The notes beneath the pieces are model-generated. The model was not told the origin of the DNA. It saw only the letters and a list, made by a program, of their open reading frames with translations, and searched no databases. A DNA stretch of 64,000 nt from Octopus bimaculoides (Eukaryota): positions 7,599,797-7,663,796 of the forward strand of contig NC_069005.1 in the NCBI RefSeq assembly GCF_001194135.2, read 5' to 3'. The position numbers and the translations under genes are program-made. This document shows, piece by piece, positions 1 to 12,258 of the stretch (its first letter is position 1; each line of letters starts with the position of its first letter).

Positions 1-238
1 CTGCAAAAACAAACAAAACAGAAACAAAATAAACAATAAAGAAGCATAAATAATAAATCAAAAATTGCAATTTGTTGTAAATTAGTCCCCAAGTTAACAA
101 AAGCATGCCAGCTCTGGCCATTCCATTTCTTCCATAGGATCCAAAACACATTTAATGTTTTTCACTGCTTTAACTCTTTAGCATTCAAATGTCAAATGTA
201 TTATTTATTTATCCCTATTGTTTTGAATTTATTGTGCA

Positions 239-636
239 TGGCTGTGTAGTAAGTAGCTTGCTTAGCAACCACATGGTTCCGAGTTCAATCCCACTGCGTG
301 GCATCTTGGGCAAGTGTCTTCTACTATAGTCTCGGGCCGACCAAAGCCTTGTGAGTGGATTTGCTAGACGGAAACCAAAAGAAGCCCGTCGTATATATGT
401 ATATATATATATGTGTGTGTGTATGTTTGTGTGTCTGTGTGTATGTTTGTGTCTCCCCACCATCGCCTGACAACCGATGCTGGTGTGTTTACGTCCCCCG
501 TAACTTAGCGGTTCAACAAAAGAGATCGATAGAATAAGTTCTAGGCTTACAAAGAATAAGTCCTGGGGTCGATTTGCTCGACTAAAGGTGGTGTTCCAGC
601 ATGGCCACAGTCAAATGACTGAAACAAGTAAAAGAG
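239..636 (+). mobile_element. tRNA-derived SINE family A (about 400 bp, internal TA/TG microsatellite)
   Basis: A/B-box-like head (TGGCTGTGT-GG...GTTC-A-TCCC), CCTTGGGCAAGTGTC core, tail GAAACAAGTAAAAGAG; many copies in the window. Confidence 0.85.
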
Positions 637-1756
637 ATGAGAGAGTGTGTGTGTGTACAACTGTACATACTCCCAGAAGCGATGACAAGGTAGCTGAAAG
701 TTCTAGTGATTTGCTGTGCTTGAGAAGGCACGTCAACCTAAGTGAAATCATGGTTGTGTACCCATGCTGCTCACACCTAAAAGGCACTTGTGTCAGTGGC
801 ACATAAAAGAGCACCCATATTGGTGACATGTAAAAGACGCACAGTAAACTCTGTAAAGTGGTTGGCATCAGGATGAGCATCCAGCCATAACTTAGCGGTT
901 TGGCAAAAAAAGACCGAGAGAATAAGGACCAGGCTTAAAAAGAAAATAAGTACCGATGTTGATTTGTTTCACTTAAAATTCCTCAAGGTGGTGCCCCAGC
1001 ATAGCTACGGTCTAATGACAGAAATAAGAAGAAGATAAAAGACAAGCAAGGTAGCCAAGTATCTCCTCCGCTGCAAGACACCTGTTTCTCACGAAGCTAT
1101 CACCCTCAATACTACACTCCCTCCCACACTCAGTTGAAGAGTCTTTGACTTACAAGTTACTTGGTGACCTCACTACTGCTGCTGCGGCTGCTGGTGGTAT
1201 CATGCAAAAAGCACTGGTGCTGGTGCCACTTGAAAAGCACTGGTGATGGTGTGGCATGAAAAGTACCAAGTACACTCTGTGAAGTGGTTAGCGTTAGGAA
1301 GGGCATCCAGCCATAGGAACCATGCCAAAGCAGACTACGAAGCCTGGTGCAGCCCCTGGCCGTACCAGTTTCCTGCCAAGCCATCCAACTAATGCCAGCA
1401 AGGAAAACAGATGATGACGATGATGACGGTGATGATAATGATGATGACCATGATAATGTGCATGATGACAGTTGATTGGAGGAAGTGACAAACAATCCAA
1501 ACTGGAAAAGATCCTGCCGAAATGGCAGATGGATGGAATCTCAGAATGCTGGATCTCACCAAGAAGATGATGGCAAGGAGTCACATCAAGAATTTAGAGA
1601 CAGGGCTGGAACAAAACTGGTCCATTATAGACATAAAAAATATTGCAGCAGTGACAATGTTATGTTAAAAATCACTGCAATGCTTTTACAGAAAACAAAA
1701 AGGCAGTTTTGTGAATATGATGATGACATCGGTTAAGAAGTTACATAATGATATAC

Positions 1757-1869
1757 CTGATGAGTTTGAATTATCACCCCACTGGAAGAAGTTACAACCA
1801 GTGCCTCTGCTTTGAGGACAGGCAAAGAATTGCCTGCCTTTGTTTGGACCTTCTTTCTGAACTGTTAAC
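1757..1869 (-). CDS. TOP3A: TOP3A exon, GRF zinc finger 2: LTVQKEGPNKGRQFFACPQSRGTGCNFFQWGDNSNSS
   Basis: TVQK.GPNKGRQF..C......C.FFQW motif; acceptor ttccag, donor gtatat; 113 nt. Confidence 0.94.
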
Positions 1870-2014
1870 CTGGAAAAAAAAAACAGAAACGGTTAAAGAG
1901 GGGATAAACCTAAAGTAATTTTGATTACTGTATTTTAATGTGTATAAGGAACACCTTAATTTTGGGGGCTTAAAATTTGGAAAAAAGGTTTTGTAGGGGA
2001 TTATAATACTATCC

Positions 2015-2166
2015 GGCTGTGTGGTAAGTAGCTTGCTTACCAACCATATGGTTTCGGGTTCAGTCCCACTGCGTGACACCTTGGGCAACTGTCTTCTACT
2101 ATAGCCTCGGACCGACCAAAGCCTTGTGAGTGGATTTGGTAGACGGAAACTGAAAGAAACCCGTCG

Positions 2167-2225
<59 letters not shown>

Positions 2226-2430
2226 TTGTGTCTGTGTTTTGTATATGTCCCCCCAACATCGCTTGACAACCGATGCTGGTGTATTTACGTCCCCGTAACT
2301 TAGCGGTTCGGTAAAAGAGACCGATAGAATAAGTACTAGGCTTCCACAGAATAAGTTCTGGGGTCGATTTGTTCTACTAAAGGTGGTGCTCCACATGGCC
2401 ACAGTCAAATGACTGAAACAAGTAAAAGAG
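2015..2430 (+). mobile_element. SINE family A copy
   Basis: Same head, core and tail as 239-636. Confidence 0.85.
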
Positions 2431-4365
2431 TATGTTTTTTTAACCTAATTTCTGACAAAAAAGGATTCCTTATACATGTTAAAATACAGTAAGTCTATAG
2501 TTAATTGTTTTGAAGACCAAGGGTTAAACATGTAGCATTAACCTCTTAGCATTCAAATTATCCTGCTATATATATATATATATATATATATATNNNNNNN
2601 NNNNNNNNNNNNNNNNNNNNNNNNNNNNNNNNNNNNNNNNNNNNNNNNNNNNNNNNNNNNNNNNNNNNNNNNNNNNNNNNNNNNNNNNNNNNNNNNNNNN
2701 NNNNNNNNNNNNNNNNNNNNNNNNNNNNNNNNNNNNNNNNNNNNNNNNNNNNNNNNNNNNNNNNNNNNNNNNNNNNNNNNNNNNNNNNNNNNNNNNNNNN
2801 NNNNNNNNNNNNNNNNNNNNNNNNNNNNNNNNNNNNNNNNNNNNNNNNNNNNNNNNNNNNNNNNNNNNNNNNNNNNNNNNNNNNNNNNNNNNNNNNNNNN
2901 NNNNNNNNNNNNNNNNNNNNNNNNNNNNNNNNNNNNNNNNNNNNNNNNNNNNNNNNNNNNNNNNNNNNNNNNNNNNNNNNNNNNNNNNNNNNNNNNNNNN
3001 NNNNNNNNNNNNNNNNNNNNNNNNNNNNNNNNNNNNNNNNNNNNNNNNNNNNNNNNNNNNNNNNNNNNNNNNNNNNNNNNNNNNNNNNNNNNNNNNNNNN
3101 NNNNNNNNNNNNNNNNNNNNNNNNNNNNNNNNNNNNNNNNNNNNNNNNNNNNNNNNNNNNNNNNNNNNNNNNNNNNNNNNNNNNNNNNNNNNNNNNNNNN
3201 NNNNNNNNNNNNNNNNNNNNNNNNNNNNNNNNNNNNNNNNNNNNNNNNNNNNNNNNNNNNNNNNNNNNNNNNNNNNNNNNNNNNNNNNNNNNNNNNNNNN
3301 NNNNNNNNNNNNNNNNNNNNNNNNNNNNNNNNNNNNNNNNNNNNNNNNNNNNNNNNNNNNNNNNNNNNNNNNNNNNNNNNNNNNNNNNNNNNNGAGTTGC
3401 TTCTCCAACATACTGAGAATTTAGAAATAGCAGTCAAAGAACTACTGATTCCAAACTATCAGTAGTTCTTTGACTGCTATTTCTAAATTCTCAGTATGTT
3501 GGAGAAGCAACTCATGCTAATCCCTGTATATTTATGATTATTTATATATGTATATATATACATGCACACACACACATGCAAATCAGTACAAATAAACTAA
3601 GACAAAAACTAGATATAAATAAGAGAAGACAGACGTAGATAACAGAGATGATGACTACTGCAAATGAAAATGCTGAGCACTCCCAAGTTAATGGAAGTTG
3701 TAGAAGAGGGAAATCAAGGAATTGTTTGTATGATGATGATGATGATGATCCTCATTTACAACTATCATGTGACATCCAGACAAGGGTACACACACACACA
3801 CACACACACAACAGGTTTCTTCCAGTTTCTGTCGACCAAATCCACTCACAAGGCTTTAGTCAGCTGAGGGACTACAGTAAAAGACACTTGCCCGAGGTGC
3901 CACACAGTGGGGCTGAACGCCAAGCCCACTTGGTTTGGAATTACATCACACACCAATGCCTGCCTGGACATATGCCACACTGCATCTATCTGTGTGCCAG
4001 TGTACACATGTGTGCGTGCAATTTTTTTTACAGTGGTATGAAACCTTGGGACCTACCAGCAGACGGTTCTTACACCATTTTGCATATAGTCATAGAAGGT
4101 GATTTAGTTTACATCCAGCCTTGTTCCAGACACACAGTATTGACACATCATAAAGATAATGAAGCATTAACATCTATTATTCCTGTCATGGGACCTGATG
4201 CAAGTTTTCTCGCTTATCTATGACACCTGGGTGTTTTAAACACCAGGTGAATTCATGAGAATATATTCTCTTACGCCTACATTTGCAGCCTGCCTACGAA
4301 CTGACAAAACACACACCTCATGTATGTGTGTTCAATATTGTTTTTATATATATATATATGTTGTA

Positions 4366-4738
4366 GAGGCGCAATGGCCCAGTGGTTAGAGCAGCGGACT
4401 CGCGGTCATAGGATCACGGTTTCGATTCCCAGACCAGGCGTTGTGAGTGTTTATTGAGCGAAAACACCTAAAGCTCCACAAGGCTCCGGCAGGGGGTGGT
4501 GGTGAACCCTGCTGTACTCTTTCACCACAACTTTCTCTCACTCTTACTTCCTGTTTCTGTTGTGCCTGTAATTCAAAGGGTCAGCCTTGTCACACTGTGT
4601 CACGCTGAATATCTCCGAGAACCACGTTAAGGGTACACGTGTCTGTGGAGTGCTCAGCCACTTGCACTTTAATTTCACGAGCAAGCTGTTCCATTGGTCA
4701 GATCAACTGGAACCCTCGTCGTCGTAATCGACAGAGTG
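4366..4738 (+). mobile_element. tRNA-derived SINE family B
   Basis: tRNA-like head GAGGCGCAATGGCCCAGTGGTTAG...GGTTTCGATTCCC; close reverse-strand copy at 23936-24310 and partial copies near 28.4, 50.6 and 61 kb. Confidence 0.85.
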
Positions 4739-4932
4739 TATACATGTCATCATCATCGTTGTCATTGTTTAACGTCCTCTTTCCATGCTGGCATGGGTTG
4801 GATGTTTTGACTACATATTAAGAGAGATAGAAGAGGAGGCTTGTAATAATTCAGGTGATAATGGTGGTTAATTAAGTTGATAATGATAATGCTGGTGGCA
4901 TTAGAATTGCAGCAATAACAAAGTTGTCTCAC

Positions 4933-5017
4933 CTGCTTGAAGTGGTGGAACTTGAGCTTTGATCAGCCCACAGGAAGAAATCACAGGTGCTGCTGTTACA
5001 TTTATAAAACTGTCGAC
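4933..5017 (-). CDS. TOP3A: TOP3A exon, GRF zinc finger 1 second half: GRQFYKCNSSTCDFFLWADQSSSSTTSS
   Basis: GRQF.KC....C.FFLWAD motif; acceptor tttcag, donor gtgaga; 85 nt. Confidence 0.94.
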
Positions 5018-5344
5018 CTGAAACGACAAGCAGAGGCATTGCAATCGAATAAACAAAACAAACTACAATATTGTTAATTGTTTAATTAAGACTAAAATAA
5101 AGACAAACTAAAATAACATCAGCTAATTAACGGTTTCAAATTTTGGCACAAGACCAGCAATTTCGGGGGTGGGAGTAAGTCAATTACATTGACCCCAGTA
5201 TTCACCTGCTACTTAATCAACCTCAAAAGGATGAAAGGTAAAGTTGACTGTGGTGGGATTTGAACTCAGAACATAAAGACAGATGAAAATGCCACAAAGA
5301 ATTTTGCCTGGAGTGCTTATGATTCTGCCAGCTCACCTTGAAGT

Positions 5345-5377
<33 letters not shown>

Positions 5378-6198
5378 ACAAGTGGGTAACAGTGGTAAAA
5401 ATGGTCAAGGAAGATGGAACTACTTTAACACTTGAGCATTCAGGTAATTCCATCAAATGCAATGCTTATGTATTCACATTTTTTTAATTAATCCTGTGTT
5501 ATCTCATAGATTCGAAATTTTGAATGACATTGTATGAGATACCAGATCTGGGCAGTTTGAACTGGATATGGCTGGTTTAAATGCTAAAAGAGTTAAAATG
5601 CAGATATGTTTCTGAGTCTATGGATCAAATACAAAAATCAGCTTGGTGTCTGGCATAAGCAAGACCACCAACCACCAAAGACTGCAATATCCATCGTCCA
5701 CTGCACAAGTTAACAAGGGACACATGCAAATCTTAGGTAGATGGGGTCCGTTCAATGAATATCTTAAAGGCTCTACTTGATGCTAGTACAGCCAGCAATA
5801 AGGCTCCTTCTGATAGGACCCTATGGAGAAAATACCAGAGTACTCTACCCCCAAGACACTTCCAGAAATAGTGAGCAGAGGAGATGGATGGATGGATAGA
5901 TAGAAATGTTTCTGAAACAACTAAGGCAAATTGCAACCACATACAAGCCAAACATCAAGTCATCCTCAGCACGAAGGGACATAACTCAATTCTTTCCTGT
6001 GACATTCTAATCACATGTTCATAGTACCGAGGCTATAGTAGAAGACACTTGCCCAAGGTTCCACACAGTGGTACAGAACCAGGAACCATGTGGTTCGTAG
6101 GCAAGCTACTTACCACACAGCCACTCCTACGCCTAGACAACTATTTTTAAATTTTGAAAATGAAAAGAAAATACTGACCAACTTTGACCAATAATTAC

Positions 6199-6537
6199 CT
6201 GTATTAGGTCCCTCTTTGCGTACGGTCAATAAAATAGCATCTACATTACAGCCACAAACAATAGTCGTGGCATCAGACTGGTCCCCATTTCTATTAATCA
6301 AGGTCGTTCTAGGTCGAGACTGTGCATTCATCACGCCAGGCTTCTTCAACTGGGGTTCAGTTCCCCTTGAACTCCAGCTGCCACTAGTTGCATTCCTGTT
6401 TGCTCTTTGTGGCTGAAATGAATTTCGGTTGTTGGAGGAGGAATTGTTGGACCCTTCACTGCCGTAGCCACTGTCACCGTATGTTGAAGAGGTTCTAGTG
6501 TTGAGTGAAGATGACGTTGTTTGTCGGTTTTGGGATG
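6199..6537 (-). CDS. TOP3A: TOP3A exon: Ser/Asn-rich linker plus first half of GRF zinc finger 1 (...IVCGCNVDAILLTVRKEGPNT)
   Basis: Open 339-nt exon ending in C.C...A.LLTVRKEGPN; acceptor tttcag, donor gtaatt. Confidence 0.93.
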
Positions 6538-6914
6538 CTGAAATGAATTAGAATTATTTCAGACATTGAGAAAGTTCTGCTGTATTGTGGTGAGGTGTGG
6601 ACAATAACAGAAACATTACAAGAGATAAACATTAGAACTGTTCGGTGGTATAGGAGGGAAGTGTGGATAATAACAGAAGAGATTAAGACTGGATATCATT
6701 ATCCTTTATGCTTAACACTTGGAATTTATTTCTTACAAGGAATGAATAACTCAAGGTTAATTACAAGAGAGCAGGCATTAATTATGGACTTGATGAAACT
6801 GGTGACTTTGTCAGGGGCAGGGACCAGTGTTGAAAACAGAGCAGTCAGTGCCATGAGCAAAACATGTTTTAAGTCGATGAGCACTTAAGGTAATGGGAAA
6901 CAATGTGTAACGAA

Positions 6915-7285
6915 GGGGAGGGAGAGGGAGAGTATAGGGGAGAAGGGAGATAGGGAGAGAGGAGGCAGGGAGAGAGGAGGCAGGGAGAGAGGAGGCAGGG
7001 AGATAGGGAGAGAGGAGGCAGGGAGAGAGGGAAGGTAGAGACAGAGAGTAGAGAAAGGGGAGAGACAGGTAGAGAAAGAGAGGAGAGAGGGTAAAGAGAG
7101 AGGAGAGATAGGTAGAGAGAAAGAGAGAGGAAAGAGTAGAAAGAGAAAGTAGAGTAGAGAGGGAGAGAGTAGAGAGAGAGAAGAGTAGAGGGAGAGAAGA
7201 GTAGAGGGAGAGAAGAGTAGAGGGAGAGAAGAGTAGAGGGAGAGAAGAGTAGAGGGAGAGAAGAGTAGAGGGAGAGAGAGAGGGG
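6915..7285. repeat. AG-rich purine tract with 15-17-bp units (GGGAGAGAAGAGTAGA)n
   Basis: Direct inspection. Confidence 0.9.
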
Positions 7286-7473
7286 TATGAAAGTAAAGAA
7301 ATAAAGAGAAAATGCTGTTAACCTTTTAGCATTTAAACTGGTTTCATCAGGTCCAAATATTCTACATGCTTTATGTTTAAACTGACCAGATCTGGCCTCT
7401 CACACCTACCCAACAATGTCATTGTCAAAATAATTTAAAGGATTAAGGATAATGAATAGAGAATAAAACTTAC

Positions 7474-7532
7474 AATAAATGTCTAAAGCTTCCATCAGAA
7501 AAGTATCACAGCCTCCAATACAACCAACGTAC
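7474..7532 (-). CDS. TOP3A: TOP3A exon: YVGCIGGCDTFLMEALDIY
   Basis: CIGGCD..L.E.LD motif; acceptor ctgtag, donor gtaagt; 59 nt. Confidence 0.93.
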
Positions 7533-8015
7533 CTACAGAAAATAGAAAGATGGGAAAAAACTGTTGAACTACCAAGTTGTTTCTTGGTGAATGTGTGCAT
7601 ACTTATGTATGCATGCATTCACACATATTATGCTCAGAAAAAATTGTTGTACTGATGAAGCAGAGAAACTAACAGCACCGTCCGAGCATGATCATTGCCA
7701 GAGCAGCTGTCTGGCTTCTGTGTCAGTGGCATGTAAATAGAACCATTTGAGCGTAATCGTTACCAGCGTCGCCTTACTGGCACGTGAAAAAACATTCGAG
7801 CGAGGTCATTGCCAGTGCTACTGGACTGGCTCCTGTGCAGGTAGCACATAAAAGCATCCACTACACTCTTGGAGTGGTTGGCATTAGGAAGGGCATCCAG
7901 CTGTAGAAACTCTGCCAGATCAGATTGGAGCCTGGTGCAGCCATCTGGTTCGCCAATCCTCAGTCAAATCGTCCAACCCATGCTAGCATGGAAAGCGGAC
8001 ATGAAACGATGATGA

Positions 8016-8060
<45 letters not shown>

Positions 8061-8583
8061 TACACACACACATATACACATACACATATATATGTACATA
8101 CACCCCACACACATACTACACGCATACATACATATACATATATATATATATATACATGGTAGAATTTACGAAAAAAACAACAGACAAAGACAGGTGGTGT
8201 AAACAACAAATGGATGTAACGCTCGGGAATAGAGAAAATCTTTGATGTTTCGAGCTACGCTCTTCAACTGAAAGGAACACAGAAAGAAATAAGGAGAGAT
8301 AAATAGGAAGATAGTTAAGTAGAGCCATCAAAGGCGCAATTTAAGGAGACCAAGGATTTAAAAGATAAAACAATTTGCCATGAGGAGCAAGTTTGACATT
8401 TTGAGCAGAAGTCTTCATTTACTGTTTCTGTGTCTGTATGTAGGGGTGAGAGAGAGAGAAACAGACAGACAGACAGAAATAGAGTGAGAAAGAGGAGAGA
8501 GTGAGAGAGAAAAAGAGAGAGGGGGAGAGAGAGAATACTGAGTAGGAGAAGTGTAGTAAAGAAAAACTGCTAACGATATTTAC

Positions 8584-8657
8584 TCTGTTGGTATCATGGG
8601 TGGTACATAGCCTGGTCGGAATTTGAACCGTAACAAATGGACCGGACCGGGTTGACA
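8584..8657 (-). CDS. TOP3A: TOP3A exon: CQPGPVHLLRFKFRPGYVPPMIPT(E)
   Basis: CQP.PV..L..KF..G..PP motif; acceptor tacacag, donor gtaaat; 74 nt. Confidence 0.92.
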
Positions 8658-8796
8658 CTGTGTAAAGATAGAAACAAACAAATCAATCAATAAATCAATC
8701 AATCAATCAATAAATAAAAATAAGGAGTTCAAGAACAAACCACATTTTGTTAGAAGAAATTTATATTATGGACATTAGTAACATCATTATCATCAT

Positions 8797-8943
8797 AGGC
8801 GCAGGAGTAGCTGTGTGGTAAGTAGCTTGCTTACCAACCACATAGTTCCGGGTTCAGTCCCACTGCGTGGCACCTTCGGCAAGTGTCTTCTACTAAGCCT
8901 TGTGAATGGATTTGGTAGACGAAAACTGAAAGAAGCCCGTCGT

Positions 8944-8975
<32 letters not shown>

Positions 8976-9427
8976 GTATGTGTTATTTCTTTACTACCCA
9001 CAAGGGGCTACACACAGAGGGGACAAACAAGGACAGACAAACGGATTAAGTTGATTATATCGACCCCAGTGTGTAACTGGTACTTATTTAATCGACCCCG
9101 AAAGGATGAAAGGCAAAGTCGACCTCGGCGGAATTTGAACTCAGACCGTAGCGGTAGACGAAATACCGCTAAGCATTTCGCCCGACGTGCTAACGTTTCT
9201 GCCAGCTCGCCGCCTATATATGTATGTGTGTCTGTCTATCTCCCCAACATCGGTTGACAACCGATGCTGGTGTGTTTACGTCTCCGTAACTTAGCGGTTC
9301 AGCAAAAGAGACTGTTAGAATAAGTACCAGGCATCCAAAGGATAAGTCCTGGGGTCGATTTGCTCGACTAAAGGCGGTGCTCCAGCATGGCCGCAGTCAA
9401 ATGACTGAAACAAGTAAAAGAGTAAAA
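8797..9427 (+). mobile_element. SINE family A copy interrupted by a family C SINE
   Basis: Head at about 8800-8940 and tail at about 9230-9427, separated by the nested element. Confidence 0.8.
8983..9214 (-). mobile_element. tRNA-derived SINE family C with 14-bp TSD (TATATATGTATGTG)
   Basis: Minus-strand head GGCGAGCTGGCAGAAACGTTAGCACG...GAGTTCAAATTCCGCC; direct repeats at 8969-8982 and 9215-9228; plus-strand relative at 32654-32882. Confidence 0.85.
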
Positions 9428-10231
9428 GTGATATGTATCCTTGCACCCTCCTCCTTATTTTATCAAACCCCAAATGAATGAAAAGCAATGTTAACCTCAA
9501 CAGCATTTGAACTCAAAATATAAAGAATTGGAAGAAATGCTATTTGGCATTTAATCTGATGCATTTACAATTCTGCCAGCTCAATGACTTTTTCTCATTA
9601 TACATAATGGTTTCAAATTTTGGCACCAGACCAGCAATTTCAGGGCAGGGGATAAGTCGATTACATCGACCACCCCCACTGGTCCGTATTTTATCGACCC
9701 TGAAAGGACAAACGGCAAAGTCAACCTTGGCAGCATTTGAACTCAGAACGTAAAGATGAACAACATGTTGCTTAGGATTTTGCCTGGCACAGTAATGATT
9801 CTGCCAGCTCAATGCCGTTTGTCTTCTTATACATAATGCATGTCAATAATAATGGTTTCAAATTTTGGCAAAAGGCCAGTAATTTCGGGGGGGGGGGGCT
9901 AGTCATTTACATCGACCCCAGTACACAACTGGTACTTATTTCATCGACACCCAAAATGATGAAAGACAAAGTCGGCCACAGCAGAATTTGAGCACAGAAT
10001 TTAAAAAGCACTTTGTCTGGCATGCTAACGGTCCTCCTAGTTCACCACCCTCTTCCTCCTCTTCCTACTACTACTACTACTACTACTACACATTTTAGAG
10101 TAGTATTTCTAAATTTGAAGTTATGTTCAACCCATTCAATACCAATTTAGAGGGGAAAAAAAGAGTTAAATGTGTTGTATATAAACAGAAATTTAAAAAG
10201 AAAGTTGATGAGAGAAAAAAAAAAAACTTAC

Positions 10232-10331
10232 TTGTGGACAAATGGTTCCTTCAACTTCAACTTTGAGAACAAAATCAGGAAACCAAATAGCATTTCGGCA
10301 CTCTGGGAAACCAATGCAGCCAAGATAGTAA
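10232..10331 (-). CDS. TOP3A: TOP3A exon, zinc ribbon second half: YYLGCIGFPECRNAIWFPDFVLKVEVEGTICPQ
   Basis: C.GFPECR.A.W.PD motif; acceptor ttctag, donor gtaagt; 100 nt. Confidence 0.95.
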
Positions 10332-10775
10332 CTAGAAACAAAATGGGAAATCAATGTTAGATCATCATCATCATCATCGTTCAACGTCCGCTTTCCATGC
10401 TGGCATGGGTTGGACGATTTGACTGAGGACTGGTGAGCCAGATGGCTGCACCCGGCTCCAATCTGATTTGGCAGAGTTTCTACAGCTGGATGCCCTTTAT
10501 TTTTAGAATGACATTGTAGGGTAGACATGAGAAGCAGGATTTGTCCAATTTGAACATAAAACAGGGAGAATATTTGGGTGAGATAGGGCTGATTTAACCC
10601 CTCGCCAATTAGATTACTATCAAATGTAATGCTTATTTATTCACATTGTTTTGAATTAAGATTTCAATGGTGTGACCATGTTTAGAATGACATTGCAGGT
10701 AGGTGTGAGAGGCCAAATCTGACCAGTTTCAACATGAAACAAGCAGAATATTTGAACTGGATATGGCTGATTTAA

Positions 10776-10988
10776 CTCTTTAGCATTCAGATTACTCTGT
10801 CAAAAGTAATGCTTATTTATCCTCATTGTTTCGAATCAATCCTGGATTATATCATAGGTTTGAGATTTTGATGATGTTATTGTTTATTTTTAAATGACAT
10901 TGTACAGTATGTGGGAGAGGCCAGATCTGGCCAGTTTGTACATAAAACAGACAAAATATTTGGGGCCTGACATGACCAGTTTAAAGGG
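10776..10988. mobile_element. piggyBac-like MITE (TTAA|C-CTTT...AAAGGG|TTAA), representative of a family seen near 0.2, 5.5, 7.3, 10.5, 25.6, 29.7, 33.0 and 37.1-37.5 kb
   Basis: TTAA flanks, short inverted termini, shared internal sequence (GATTACTCTGTCAAATGTAATGC...GGCCAGATCTGGCCAGTTT). Confidence 0.65.
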
Positions 10989-11318
10989 TTAACTTAATGA
11001 CAGACGGAGGCCTCAGAGATTAGTAATTATAGTAGTAATAATAGTACAACTATAATTGTATTTGAACAAGTTATGTGTTTGTATATAATTGCTACAACTG
11101 GGCCATATCCCAAAACCATGTGGTTGGGAAGTGAACTTCTTAAACCATACAGCCACGTGTGTGTGTGTGTGTGTGTGCCTGTGTGCAATGCTGCTGTTAT
11201 GACTTTGCTTTGCAGCCTCATGTTCCCTGGTTCAGTCCTACGATGTAGCGGTAGCTTGGGCAAGTACCATCTCCTGTATAATCTCGATAAGCAACAAGTG
11301 ACTAATAAACCTTCTTAC

Positions 11319-11412
11319 CCTTTGCCTTCTTTCCTCTGTCGCAGCAGCATGTCTTGGTTACATTTGGGGCAGCGTTTCACTGACTCAACAGTAGCCATGT
11401 TCTCACTGGTAG
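11319..11412 (-). CDS. TOP3A: TOP3A exon, zinc ribbon first half: (T)TSENMATVESVKRCPKCNQDMLLRQRKEGK(G)
   Basis: CPKCN.DM.L motif; acceptor ttctcag, donor gtaaga; 94 nt. Confidence 0.94.
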
Positions 11413-12258
11413 CTGAGAAATACAGAAAAAGAATAAATAACTCAGACCACGCTGGAATTTCATTGACGAATATATTGACTTGTATGCAATCATACAAACA
11501 CTGATACATACGTACACACACACACATACATACCTCTATATATACATACACACATACATACATAATACAAACATATATACGCACACAAGGACTTTCGAGC
11601 AAGATCGTTGCCAGTGCCCCTGGACTGGCTCTTGTGTGGGTGGCACATAAAATACACCATTTTGAGCGTGGCCGTCGCCAGTACCGCTTGACTGGCCTTC
11701 GTAGGATTTTCGAGCGAGATCGTTGCCAGTGCCCCTGCTAGAAGGCTGCACCAGGCTCCAATCTGATCTGGCAGAGTTTCTACAGCTGGATGCCCTTCCT
11801 AACGCCAACCACTCCGTGAGTGTAGTGGATGCTTTTACGTGCCACCGGCCCAAGAGCCAGTCAGGCGGTACTGGCAACGGCCATGCTCAAATGGTGTTTT
11901 TTACATGCCACCTGCACAGGAGCCAGTCCAGCCGCACTGGCAAATATATATATATTATATGTATATGTATATATATATATGAAGAGAAAGTGATGATAGT
12001 GAGTATAGGAAGAGAGACAATAATGGTAGCTACACATTTGCTGGTGAGAAACAAAGATCAAGTGAGGGATGGTAATAGGCATAGCAATAAGAGAATCATG
12101 AATATCAACAAGTGGTCATGGTGAGAAAGAATGGTGGCTGGCAGTACAGAAAGGGTGATGGCAGGGTGTATTAGATATTCTTTTAGAAAATCTGAGATGT
12201 AAAATTAACAAGGAAGAGTTATTAGACATTTTTTTGAAAAATTGTGAAATATAGTGTA

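Noticed and set aside
1476-1736. 86-aa plus-strand ORF
   Set aside because: No convincing homology; at most a heavily decayed LINE tail.
2553-3437. Long ORF-track entries made of X (also at 22.1-23.4, 47.2-47.7, 57.2-57.6 and 59.2-59.8 kb)
   Set aside because: These run through N gaps and are not real ORFs.
4275-4293. Minus-strand AGCKCR peptide as the missing CxC exon of GRF finger 2
   Set aside because: Its splice phases (0 and 1) do not fit the required 2-2, and it is too short to supply the motif.
4366-4440. tRNA-like heads of SINEs as tRNA genes
   Set aside because: They continue into conserved SINE bodies, lack a closing acceptor stem, and are multi-copy.
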